Positions 16,748 to 25,185 of a stretch of 29,254 nt of DNA are shown piece after piece (positions within the stretch are counted from its first letter, which is position 1; each line of letters begins with the position of its first letter). Where the stretch lies: the IMG/VR virus record IMGVR_UViG_3300030333_001118, positions 1 to 29,254 of that record, one strand, 5' to 3'. The notes below the pieces were generated by a model. The model was given only the letters and a program-made list of their open reading frames with translations. It did no database searches and was not told the origin of the DNA. Source of the stretch: a virus (taxonomy: Duplodnaviria > Caudoviricetes). The position numbers and the translations under genes are program-made.

Positions 16748-16968
16748 GTATTGTTAAGGATATTATAGAAAGAGAAATAATAAACACTTTATCTAGGAAT
16801 GGGAATTATACTAAGAACTCAGATGGATATTTAAAATATTGTACTAAGTGCAGAAAGGTCTGGGAGAATAATAGTAGGATAGGTGGTAGCAGTAAGGATG
16901 TAATAAATTACTATGATGATTTTCCTACTTATGGTAAAACAAGAGAAATATGCAGGAATTGTAAATGA
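16744..16968 (+). CDS. Small zinc-finger protein
   Basis: CTKC..CRNC. Confidence 0.7.
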   Translation: MSIVKDIIEREIINTLSRNGNYTKNSDGYLKYCTKCRKVWENNSRIGGSSKDVINYYDDFPTYGKTREICRNCK

Positions 16969-17117
16969 TTATTATAAATCTATATGAGATAATTATAAAC
17001 TTATTGGCATTTGGTATAGCGTTGGTATTAATACCCATTGGCATAGGTTTGTGGTTATTTTTAGCTACATTTTTATTTAAAACTATAAAAGATTTTTTAA
17101 GGAATAGGAGTAATTAA
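16965..17117 (+). CDS. Small membrane protein (50 aa), not in ORF track
   Basis: MIIINLYEIIINLLAFGIALVLIPIGIGLWLFLATFLFK..; ATGA and TAATG coupling. Confidence 0.6.
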   Translation: MIIINLYEIIINLLAFGIALVLIPIGIGLWLFLATFLFKTIKDFLRNRSN

Positions 17118-17248
17118 TGGATAAAGAAATTAGAAAATTGCTAGAAGAGATAAGTAGCTTATTATCTGAGCAGGGGCATTTTAAACTAATAGATTTAAAA
17201 AGAGTTGAGGAGATCAATTTTAAAATAAAAGAATTACTTACACAGTAA
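17117..17248 (+). CDS. Small helical protein (43 aa), not in ORF track
   Basis: SD AGGAG; MDKEIRKLLEEISSLLSEQGHFKLIDLKRVEEINFKIKELLTQ. Confidence 0.6.
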   Translation: MDKEIRKLLEEISSLLSEQGHFKLIDLKRVEEINFKIKELLTQ

Positions 17249-17252
17249 TAAT

Positions 17253-17372
17253 GTCTCTTTTGACAAAATAAATGCTAACTAGGATGTTTCTGTTCTAGAG
17301 TTTTTATTTGAAAGAAGAGGCTAACAAATGAAAACAAAAAGCTAGTAGTCTGGTTGGCATTAGGCTACTAGC
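17253..17372 (+). other. Two intergenic RNA-type hairpins
   Basis: Imperfect rod 17253-17321; 14-bp stem GCTAGTAGTCTGGT-TGGC-ATTAGGCTACTAGC at 17341-17372 with G-U pairs. Confidence 0.55.
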
Positions 17373-17401
17373 ATTACCCCAATCACATACCAGAGGTAAG
17401 A

Positions 17402-17695
17402 ATGAACAAAATAGAACCATGCGAAATGTGTGGCAGATACGATGGAGATCATAAAGAGAAGTGGGATATTAAAGAACTAGAAAACAACAAAATGAATCTC
17501 TTATTAGCAGGTATTTTATTTGCACAGGAGGCAACACATAGACAAATTGAATTGTTTATGGCTAAATACTACATAGGAAGAGAATCTTATGATGATATAG
17601 CTAGGGATTTCCAGATAAGTAAACAATCTGTAGCCAAAACAATAGATAGATCATGTGATACACTAACCAATATAATTAATAGATTAAGTGGTTGA
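17402..17695 (+). CDS. Sigma-70 region-4-like HTH protein, probable late transcription regulator
   Basis: RQIELFMAKYY..SYDDIARDFQISKQSVAKTIDRS; N-terminal CEMC; last gene before the late block. Confidence 0.7.
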   Translation: MNKIEPCEMCGRYDGDHKEKWDIKELENNKMNLLLAGILFAQEATHRQIELFMAKYYIGRESYDDIARDFQISKQSVAKTIDRSCDTLTNIINRLSG

Positions 17696-17850
17696 CGAAT
17701 TTGGCACTTTTTTAAGTATCTAGGTTGACATCTAAAAATTATTTTTATTTTTTTAACTCTAACAATATTAGAGCTTAGAGTTTCTTACCCCTATTTTTTA
17801 CCTTAAAAACACCTAAATATGGTTGACTTTTTTCGTTATTTATAGAGGCT
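17690..17850 (+). promoter_or_regulatory. Putative late promoter region with three GGTTGAC boxes
   Basis: GGTTGAC at 17690, 17723 (contains TTGACA) and 17821 in an AT-rich intergenic stretch. Confidence 0.5.
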
Positions 17851-17947
17851 TTATCGTGCCTCACTCGTTACAGAGTAATGATTATAAGACCGAAATGGTT
17901 GTTTAGCGATAGACAGGAAACGATATAAGTTGTAGCTACAGCTTTTT

Positions 17948-19132
17948 ATGACAGATATTAATATTACATATTATCCTGCCGATGATTTGGTAATGGCTGA
18001 ATATAATCCACGACAGCTAACCAAAGACCAATATACACAACTAAAAGATTCTATAAACAGATTCGGATTAGTTGATCCCCTCATAGTAAACAAAAACAAA
18101 GACAGAAAAAACATCCTAGTAGGTGGACACCAAAGGCTACGCATAGCTAAAGAGATAGGACTAGAATCTATTCCATGTGTTGAGATTGACTTATCCTATG
18201 ACCAAGAAAAAGAACTAAACATTAGATTAAATAAGAATGTAGGTGAGTGGGATTATGATGCTTTGGCTAATTACTTTGATGTGGGGGAACTTACAGAGTG
18301 GGGTTTTAGTAACGATGACTTACAATTCTACGAAGATGAATCTAAACAGGGATTGATTAATGATGATGAGATACCAGAAGTAGAAGAGCCTATTACACAA
18401 GCAGGTGATCTCTGGATATTAGGAGATCATCGTTTATTATGTGGGGATGCTACAAAAAAAGAAGATGTTGATCTACTAATGGATGGTAAAAAGGCTGATA
18501 TGGTATTTACTGATCCTCCTTATGGAGTTGATTATGATGGTGGAATACAATTTACTAAGGATGGAGTAAAAAGAGGTCAGCGTAAGAAATTAGAAAATGA
18601 TGATAAATCAATTTATAATTTAGTTATACCTATACTTGCTGATATTTGTGAGGGTGGTATATACACATGGTTTGCAGGTACAAAAGCAAAAGATATATAT
18701 AATTCCATTGATTTAGTTGGAGATATACACGCACTAGTTATATGGGTTAAGAATGGTGGTTATTCAGCAATGAATGCTCAATATAAACAGAAACATGAGC
18801 CATGCCTTTATTGGAAAGCAAAAAATAAAACAACTAAGTGGTGTGGTAGTTCTACAGAAAATACTATTTGGGAAATAAATAAAGATGGTAAGAATAAACT
18901 GCATCCAACACAAAAACCTGTAGAGTTAGCAGTAAAAGCTATACTAAACCATGAGGAAGGTATTGTATTAGATGTATTTCTTGGCTCTGGATCAACCTTA
19001 ATAGCTTGTGAGAAAACTAATCGTAAGTGTTATGGGATGGAGATTGATCCACATTATTGTGATGTTATAGTAAAAAGATGGGAGGAGTTTAGTGGGAAGA
19101 AGGCAGAAAGAGTTGAAAGAGCAGAGAGTTGA
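17948..19132 (+). CDS. ParB-like domain fused to amino (N6-adenine/N4-cytosine) DNA methyltransferase
   Basis: YNPR..FGLVDPLIVN..GGHQRL (ParB/Srx); HRLLCGD, TDPPYG, HPTQKP, DVFLGSGSTL. Confidence 0.92.
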   Translation: MTDINITYYPADDLVMAEYNPRQLTKDQYTQLKDSINRFGLVDPLIVNKNKDRKNILVGGHQRLRIAKEIGLESIPCVEIDLSYDQEKELNIRLNKNVGEWDYDALANYFDVGELTEWGFSNDDLQFYEDESKQGLINDDEIPEVEEPITQAGDLWILGDHRLLCGDATKKEDVDLLMDGKKADMVFTDPPYGVDYDGGIQFTKDGVKRGQRKKLENDDKSIYNLVIPILADICEGGIYTWFAGTKAKDIYNSIDLVGDIHALVIWVKNGGYSAMNAQYKQKHEPCLYWKAKNKTTKWCGSSTENTIWEINKDGKNKLHPTQKPVELAVKAILNHEEGIVLDVFLGSGSTLIACEKTNRKCYGMEIDPHYCDVIVKRWEEFSGKKAERVERAES

Positions 19133-19442
19133 GCCGATTGAAAACGGAAGTAATCGGAATAATAAAGGGCAATTCGTTGCAGGAAATACTGCATCTGTTG
19201 GTAAAGGCAGACCAAAAGGCTCTCAATCTATACCAGATATACTTAAAAAGATTGGTGAAGAAGAAGGAACACTTGATGGTAAGAGTAAGCTCGATGTTAT
19301 TATGTATAAAGTATTTCAATACGCTCTGGAAGGTAAACCGTGGGCAGTTCAGTTTATAGCTGATAGAACAGAAGGTAAGGCTAAAGAAATAAGAGAAGTA
19401 ACTAATAAGAATGAACCTATTAAAATTATAACAGTTGATTAA
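19092..19442 (+). CDS. terS: Terminase small subunit (DUF5681-like); start uncertain
   Basis: GQFVAGN..GRPKGS motif, AVQFIADRTEGK; immediately upstream of terL. Confidence 0.7.
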   Translation: MGRRQKELKEQRVEPIENGSNRNNKGQFVAGNTASVGKGRPKGSQSIPDILKKIGEEEGTLDGKSKLDVIMYKVFQYALEGKPWAVQFIADRTEGKAKEIREVTNKNEPIKIITVD

Positions 19443-20643
19443 TTGGCAAATAAATCAGATACGAAAAGAAATAATCCAGAGTCCAGAGAGGATGAAGGTT
19501 GTTGTTGCAGGGAGAAGATGGGGAAAGAGTATCTTATCGGTTCTGTGGTTACTTCACGAAGAGATACAGCCAGAAGAACGCAGGTGGTTTGTTGCACCGA
19601 CATACAGGCAGGGGAAGATGGTAATATTCCCATTATTACGTTCTGTGTTTCGACAATGGCAGGGAGCTACGATCAACGAATCAGAGTTATCTATTAAACT
19701 ACCAAATAATGCAGAGATTTCAATTAAAGGTGCAGAACAAGAAAACAATCTTAGGGGAGCAACACTTAATAAGGTAGTGATGGAAGAGTTTAGTTATATA
19801 AAACCAAACGTATATGAAGAGATTATTTATCCTATGCTAACAACTACACAAGGTGAGACTTTATTTATTGGTACACCTAACTCATTTGACCACTTATATG
19901 ATTACTATCTTAGAGGTCAATCAGATGATCCAGATTGGAAGTCATGGCAGTACACTACAGTACAGGGTGGTTTTGTCTCGCAAGAGGAGGTAAATAAAGC
20001 TAAATCCACAATGGATGAGGTAACATTTAAGAGTGAGTTCATGGCTGATTTTGTATCTACAGGTAACAGAGTGGCTTATAATTTTGATAGGAAGATACAT
20101 ATTAAACAGGCTAAAGAGTTATCACCTAACCTATTCTGGGGTATTGATTTTAATGTGGATTATATGTCTGCTGTACTAGGTTGTGAATATACAGATGGTT
20201 CTATACACTACTTTGATGAGATAAGGCAATCAAATAGCAACACAGAGCAGATGGCTGTGGCTATGAAGAAGATAGCTCCATATATACCATGCTACCCAGA
20301 TAGTGCAGGTTCAGCCAGATCAACTACAAGCCACAAATCAGATCACCAGATACTTAAGGATTATGGATTCCAAGTAATAGCAAAGAAAGCTAATCCACCT
20401 GTAATAGATAGAATTAATGCACTTAATAGAATGTTAAAGGATGCGAATGGCAGGGTGAAAATGACAGTTGATCCATCCTGTAAATATTTAATAAAAGATT
20501 TAGAACAATGTCAAAGAGATAGAGCAGGTAAGATAGAGAAAACTAAAGATATATCTCTTACTCATGCTCTGGATGCCTGTAGTTATTACATAGCATTAAA
20601 GCATCCTATTATAAAGCGTGTTGCTATGAGTACAGAATGGTAG
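19435..20643 (+). CDS. terL: Terminase large subunit
   Basis: Walker A GRRWGKS, VAPTY, LRG..VVMEE (Walker B), GTP coupling motif, nuclease GIDFN..HALDA. Confidence 0.95.
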   Translation: MINWQINQIRKEIIQSPERMKVVVAGRRWGKSILSVLWLLHEEIQPEERRWFVAPTYRQGKMVIFPLLRSVFRQWQGATINESELSIKLPNNAEISIKGAEQENNLRGATLNKVVMEEFSYIKPNVYEEIIYPMLTTTQGETLFIGTPNSFDHLYDYYLRGQSDDPDWKSWQYTTVQGGFVSQEEVNKAKSTMDEVTFKSEFMADFVSTGNRVAYNFDRKIHIKQAKELSPNLFWGIDFNVDYMSAVLGCEYTDGSIHYFDEIRQSNSNTEQMAVAMKKIAPYIPCYPDSAGSARSTTSHKSDHQILKDYGFQVIAKKANPPVIDRINALNRMLKDANGRVKMTVDPSCKYLIKDLEQCQRDRAGKIEKTKDISLTHALDACSYYIALKHPIIKRVAMSTEW

Positions 20644-20789
20644 AGTTCTTATTAGGGATAGTAGTAGGAATCATTACTACTTTTGTATTCTTGCATTACT
20701 ATGGGAAACATTTACATCTTAAAAAAAAAGCTGAGATTGGGGAGTACATTCAACAATATACAGAGGCAAATGATTATGCCATATCATAA
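20637..20789 (+). CDS. Small N-terminally anchored membrane protein (50 aa), not in ORF track
   Basis: MVEFLLGIVVGIITTFVFLHYYGKHLHLKKK..; overlaps terL stop, TAATG coupling downstream. Confidence 0.6.
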   Translation: MVEFLLGIVVGIITTFVFLHYYGKHLHLKKKAEIGEYIQQYTEANDYAIS

Positions 20790-20929
20790 TGAGTGAAACA
20801 ATAATTATATCACAAGGTAAAAAAATGCAACAGGTTGTAGTTAAAACCATTGTGAAAGGGAGGAAAAACAGAAAAGGTAAGCCATACCAAATATCTACAA
20901 CTAAGCATATAAAAAAGAAGAATAAATAA
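20789..20929 (+). CDS. Small basic protein (46 aa), not in ORF track
   Basis: MSETIIISQGKKMQQVVVKTIVKGRKNRKGKPYQISTTKHIKKKNK; TAATG coupling at both ends. Confidence 0.6.
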   Translation: MSETIIISQGKKMQQVVVKTIVKGRKNRKGKPYQISTTKHIKKKNK

Positions 20930-22251
20930 TGGAATTACATGATAAAATAATGCTCCCAGACCTCGGTAAAGAGGCAGTATTGCGTTCAGTTAAAGAGGCT
21001 GAGTATAATGCACTAGATGATATGATTGCTGAAAAGAACACATCATTAGATTTTTATTACAATAGAAACTTAGATGAGCATATACAGCAGTATTTTAGCA
21101 CAGAATCTCTATCTCAGATTCCACCTGTATTGATGTCGTTGGTTAAGCGTTTTGCTAAAAGTAGATTGATGCTATTAAAGCAACCTGCTGAAAGATTTAT
21201 TAATGGTGAGTTTAATGAATATTATGATGATAAGGCTCACAACTTAGATACCAAGACTAGAGAGTTTGGGGAACTTGCTTGGTTGTTGGGTAGTTGCCAC
21301 TTGCAATCTGTATATAATGAAAAGATGCAACGCATTGAGTATAAGCTACACCCCATTGTTAAAGAGTATGTATTTGATGGTGAAGTGTATGGTGTTAGCT
21401 ACGAGATACATCGGGATCATAACGGAGATAGGCAGTTTGTATTTTGGAGTAAACCTATGGATGGTGAGCAAGGGATGCACTTTCGTTTCAAGTTAAATGG
21501 TAAGATGATGCCTGTAGGTAACAATCTTGAAATGGTAAACCCTTATGATCTTATTCCTATTACTAAAGTAGAGTTCAATACAAATGCTTTTGATGTTACT
21601 AGGTGTGCTGTTCATGCGAGTAATGCGTGGACTGAGGTTATGATAGCGACTAGGTTAATGATGGGTTCACCTGTTATTACAGGACTAGATACAGAGATAC
21701 CACCTTACTTAAAATTTGGAGTAGATCGTTTGATTGCACTTCCAGAAGGTGCAAATATGTCCTATGTAAGTCCAAGTGCTAATCTTACCCAGATGATTCA
21801 ATCTGTTAAAGATTTAATTAACCAAGTTGGGCAGAATCATAGCTTAACAATCAGATGGGGTGAATCATCAGCACCTCCAAGTGGTGAGGCATTAAAGATT
21901 CTATCTGTAGATAACATAGAAACCAGAGAGTCTGATATTCCAATCTTTAGAGACTTTGAGCATGAAAGATATGAAGTAGATAGGGAAGTGCTTAGAGTCC
22001 ATGAGGGTGCTAATCTATCAGATAATTACAGCGTGGACTATCCAGAGGTAGGCTTTCCAATGACATGGACAGAAGAACGCAACAAGCTAGAGTTCTTGAT
22101 GGAACATAACTTAATTACTCGTGAGGAGCTTATAAGGAAGTTCAACCCAGATATAGATGAGGCTGAATTAGAGTTAAAGATGCAACAGCTAGAACCAGAG
22201 CAACCAGAACAACCTACAAACAAATTACTAGAGGCATTACAGCGTGGCTAA
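20929..22251 (+). CDS. Portal protein (SPP1 gp6-like)
   Basis: 440 aa after terL; NPYDLIP, PSGEALK, LITREELIR motifs. Confidence 0.85.
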   Translation: MELHDKIMLPDLGKEAVLRSVKEAEYNALDDMIAEKNTSLDFYYNRNLDEHIQQYFSTESLSQIPPVLMSLVKRFAKSRLMLLKQPAERFINGEFNEYYDDKAHNLDTKTREFGELAWLLGSCHLQSVYNEKMQRIEYKLHPIVKEYVFDGEVYGVSYEIHRDHNGDRQFVFWSKPMDGEQGMHFRFKLNGKMMPVGNNLEMVNPYDLIPITKVEFNTNAFDVTRCAVHASNAWTEVMIATRLMMGSPVITGLDTEIPPYLKFGVDRLIALPEGANMSYVSPSANLTQMIQSVKDLINQVGQNHSLTIRWGESSAPPSGEALKILSVDNIETRESDIPIFRDFEHERYEVDREVLRVHEGANLSDNYSVDYPEVGFPMTWTEERNKLEFLMEHNLITREELIRKFNPDIDEAELELKMQQLEPEQPEQPTNKLLEALQRG

Positions 22252-23026
22252 AGAATCAGCATCATTAGAATATGCTAAAGCAGTTGAGCGAGTCCAGAAA
22301 GAGCTTGTAGAGCAGGTGTTTGATCTACAGAGGCAAGGACTCAGTAAGAATGAGATACTACTTGTATTACAGGGGTTGGATATGGAAGATGTTATTTTAA
22401 ACCAACTTAATCTAAATGCTGATATAGATAAGCTCATGCTAGAGTATGAGGGTGTATTAGGTGCGATGGAAATGACAGGCACAGTAACAGCAGAATCCTT
22501 AACAGCCTTACAGCGTATAGATAGAAACTCATTTGCTAAACAAGCAGGGGTAATGGGTGAACTTATAAAGAAGGAAGTAGCTAGGGGAATAATAGCAGGT
22601 GCTACTGAAAGAGAGATAGCAGATGGCATTTTAAAGGGTGCAGGTGGCGTTTTAAGAGCAGATCAAGCAGAGACTCTGGCTAATACTGCTTTGAATCAGT
22701 TTGAGCGTAATGTAACAGTAGAGATGGCAGAGCTTGATCCTACTGATGCTAGATATGTTTACTTAGGTGTGATTGACCAAAAGACCAGAGATATATGTTT
22801 ACTAATGGCTAGTGAAGGTTCAATGACCAGAGCAGAGATAGAGTCTAAATATCCCAACACATTTAGTAACGCAGGTGGATTTAATTGCAGACATAGATGG
22901 GCAAGAGAAACATCCAGATCAGAGCAACTTATTAAGCCAGATAAAGCATCATCACTTATAGATAAAAAGAAAAGATTTAATAAAAGATTTAACCCTGTAA
23001 CTGTTGAAGGTATCAAAGTTGGGTAA
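22244..23026 (+). CDS. Minor head morphogenesis protein (SPP1 gp7 / Mu F-like)
   Basis: DQKTRDIC..GGFNCRH motif; follows portal. Confidence 0.75.
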   Translation: MAKESASLEYAKAVERVQKELVEQVFDLQRQGLSKNEILLVLQGLDMEDVILNQLNLNADIDKLMLEYEGVLGAMEMTGTVTAESLTALQRIDRNSFAKQAGVMGELIKKEVARGIIAGATEREIADGILKGAGGVLRADQAETLANTALNQFERNVTVEMAELDPTDARYVYLGVIDQKTRDICLLMASEGSMTRAEIESKYPNTFSNAGGFNCRHRWARETSRSEQLIKPDKASSLIDKKKRFNKRFNPVTVEGIKVG

Positions 23027-23471
23027 ACTAGCAAACATACCAAAGTTTGATAAGCAGTTCTGGAGGGAAGTAGGAAACGAGATCACCGATGAGATACGAG
23101 TACAGACACAGAAGAAGGGTAAGGATGTATTTAATCGTGATTTTAATGAGTATAGTGAGGGATATGCAGATCGTAAGCCTCGTATAAGAAGGGGTAGTGG
23201 GGGCAGTAAAGTAAATCTTACACTTACAGGTGATATGATGAATGGATTGCAGGTAAGAGGATTTACTCCAGATAGTGTTACAATCGGATGGAGTGGTACA
23301 AATGCAAAGAAAATACAATGGAATGAGGATATGGGCAGAGCAGTAACAACAGCTAAGAAACCACTCAGTAATCAATCCATAAAGATTGTACAGCAAGAGG
23401 CGAGGCAAAGAATTAAAAGAAATGCAGACAAAGAAACTGCAAAGCCTATCAACTTTAAAATAGGCAGATAG
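23004..23471 (+). CDS. Virion morphogenesis / neck protein (Mu gpG-like)
   Basis: Basic protein with YSEGYADRK and VNLTLTGDMMNGL. Confidence 0.6.
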   Translation: MKVSKLGKLANIPKFDKQFWREVGNEITDEIRVQTQKKGKDVFNRDFNEYSEGYADRKPRIRRGSGGSKVNLTLTGDMMNGLQVRGFTPDSVTIGWSGTNAKKIQWNEDMGRAVTTAKKPLSNQSIKIVQQEARQRIKRNADKETAKPINFKIGR

Positions 23472-23482
23472 ATTTCATTAAC

Positions 23483-24040
23483 ATGGAGGAAACAATGGAA
23501 GAACAAGTACAAGAGAATGTACAAGAGGTGGCTACTGAAAGCCAGAGCAGTACAGATATTAGTGATCGTGAGTCTGAACTGTTGCGTGAGGTCATGCAAA
23601 AGAAAGAACGATTGCAGAAAGCAGAATCTAAGATAGCTGAACTAGAGAAGGTTCAAGAGGCTGAGAGGCAGAAACAGATGGAAGAAAATGAAGAGTGGAA
23701 AACACTCGCTGAAGAAAGAGCCAAAAAGCTTAGTGAGCTTACTCCTGTAGTTGAGCAGTATAAAGCTGAACGCACAGCAGAGAAAGATAAACTGCTTTCA
23801 GACTTCCCAGAAGAAGATAGGGAAGATTTTAAGGGATTGAGTCTAACGGTGCTTAGATCAGTTCATGGTAAAATAATTAATCAAAAATCGAATATTCCAA
23901 GTGTAGATACATCTGATTCTACAGGGATGCAGGGTTATGCTACCTTGAAAGAGGCAGTAAAAGATCATGTATCTGGGAAAATAGATAGATCAACTTATGA
24001 GCAAATTAAAGAAAAGTTCACATCTCGAATCGGTAGATAA
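23483..24040 (+). CDS. Capsid scaffolding protein
   Basis: Acidic coiled coil (EENEEWKTLAEE) upstream of capsid; alternative start 23495 after GGAGG. Confidence 0.7.
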   Translation: MEETMEEQVQENVQEVATESQSSTDISDRESELLREVMQKKERLQKAESKIAELEKVQEAERQKQMEENEEWKTLAEERAKKLSELTPVVEQYKAERTAEKDKLLSDFPEEDREDFKGLSLTVLRSVHGKIINQKSNIPSVDTSDSTGMQGYATLKEAVKDHVSGKIDRSTYEQIKEKFTSRIGR

Positions 24041-24263
24041 TAACCCCACAACAGGGTTAGAGATTCAAGGGGATATTAAATCTGCTATTACGAAAGATAG
24101 GGAGCATATCTATATGGTAGGGAACGAGCAAGTTCCTTATGAGGAAGGGTTTAGAATGTCTGTAGGACAGGAAAAAGTACCATTCTCTGATATACGCTCA
24201 ACATTTTCTCATATTTCTCAAGATAAGTGGGATTCTATATTTGGAAAGAAACGGAGTAAATAA
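23997..24263 (+). CDS. Hypothetical protein between scaffold and capsid
   Basis: 88-aa ORF, TAATG coupling to capsid gene. Confidence 0.6.
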   Translation: MSKLKKSSHLESVDNNPTTGLEIQGDIKSAITKDREHIYMVGNEQVPYEEGFRMSVGQEKVPFSDIRSTFSHISQDKWDSIFGKKRSK

Positions 24264-25123
24264 TGGCAACAGGAGATAGCGGTAATTACGCAGGTAGCCT
24301 TTTAGAGGTTATCGAGGCAGAGGCTATTCTTAAATTTAGTGAGGCAAGTGTATCTGTGCCTTTGGTGTCTCAAAAGAGTGAACCAAAAGCAGACCAGATT
24401 ACTTTTATTGCTTATAATGCAGGTTCTAACACAGTAACATCAGCAGATGTGGCTAACACAGCAGAGGGTACAGTAACCCCTTCCACAGCATTGGATTCTG
24501 AAAAGAAAACAATCACTCTGGATATGTATAGTGTGATGCTACCTATCTATGATGAGGCTAAACTATCAAATGCTGATGATGTATATGCTAACGCAGGTGC
24601 ATTGGCAGGTAACGCTATGGCATCTAAGTTAGATTCTCTAGTAAATGCGTTGTATGATGGTTTTTCAAATGCTGTGGGTGGTGCATCTACTACAATAGAT
24701 GTAGATGACTTGTTTCAATGTCTTGCTCACTTAAAAGAAAACTCTGCTCCCGGTCAGCCAAATGCAGTTCTTGATCCTAGACAGATATGGGGAACTTATG
24801 GAATCCATAATGACCTTATTACACAGGCTCAGTTTGCAGGTGCAGGAATACAGGATGAAGGTGCTAGAAGTGGTTTTGTTAGCAGAATCGCAGGTATTGG
24901 AATCCATAGCTCACCTGAGTTTACAGTAGCATCAAATGCTGTAAAAGGTGGCGTATTTGTACCAGAGGCTCTAGGGTTTGGTTATGCAGGTGAAATGATG
25001 AGAGTTGAAGAGTACAGGGAAGGTTCTTACCTACGCTCTAACATCGTTGTATCTAGTTTCTGTGGTGCTACAGAAATCATAGATGGCTATGGTGTTGAAA
25101 TGCACTCACAGGTTACTTCTTAA
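24263..25123 (+). CDS. Major capsid protein (HK97 fold)
   Basis: 286 aa; AGNAMASKLD backbone helix, AVLDP..., GFVSRIAGIGIHSS, C-terminal beta strands; SD GGAG. Confidence 0.8.
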   Translation: MATGDSGNYAGSLLEVIEAEAILKFSEASVSVPLVSQKSEPKADQITFIAYNAGSNTVTSADVANTAEGTVTPSTALDSEKKTITLDMYSVMLPIYDEAKLSNADDVYANAGALAGNAMASKLDSLVNALYDGFSNAVGGASTTIDVDDLFQCLAHLKENSAPGQPNAVLDPRQIWGTYGIHNDLITQAQFAGAGIQDEGARSGFVSRIAGIGIHSSPEFTVASNAVKGGVFVPEALGFGYAGEMMRVEEYREGSYLRSNIVVSSFCGATEIIDGYGVEMHSQVTS

Positions 25124-25140
25124 TAGCTAATCAATAATAT

Positions 25141-25162
25141 GGGGGGTGGGCAACTACCCCCC
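25141..25162 (+). terminator. GC-rich hairpin after capsid gene (weak terminator or 3' stabiliser)
   Basis: GGGGGGTGG-GCAA-CTACCCCCC, GNRA loop, no clear U tract. Confidence 0.6.
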
Positions 25163-25185
25163 TGCTTAAAATAAAGATTTAAAAT

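Noticed and set aside
12204-17945. Known ribozyme, riboswitch or tRNA in the structured intergenic segments
   Set aside because: No hammerhead core, tRNA T-loop/cloverleaf or riboswitch consensus recognisable by eye; needs an Infernal search
12190-17947. Lysogeny module or prophage boundaries
   Set aside because: No integrase, divergent repressor or host flanks; all genes co-oriented; the ParB domain is part of a methyltransferase fusion with no ParA partner
968-21496. Short alternative-frame + strand ORFs (968..1153, 4860..5051, 7556..7810, 19129..19359, 19443..19697, 21266..21496)
   Set aside because: Fully nested in stronger genes with no motif; 968..1153 was considered as an embedded o-spanin but lacks a convincing signal peptide and lipobox
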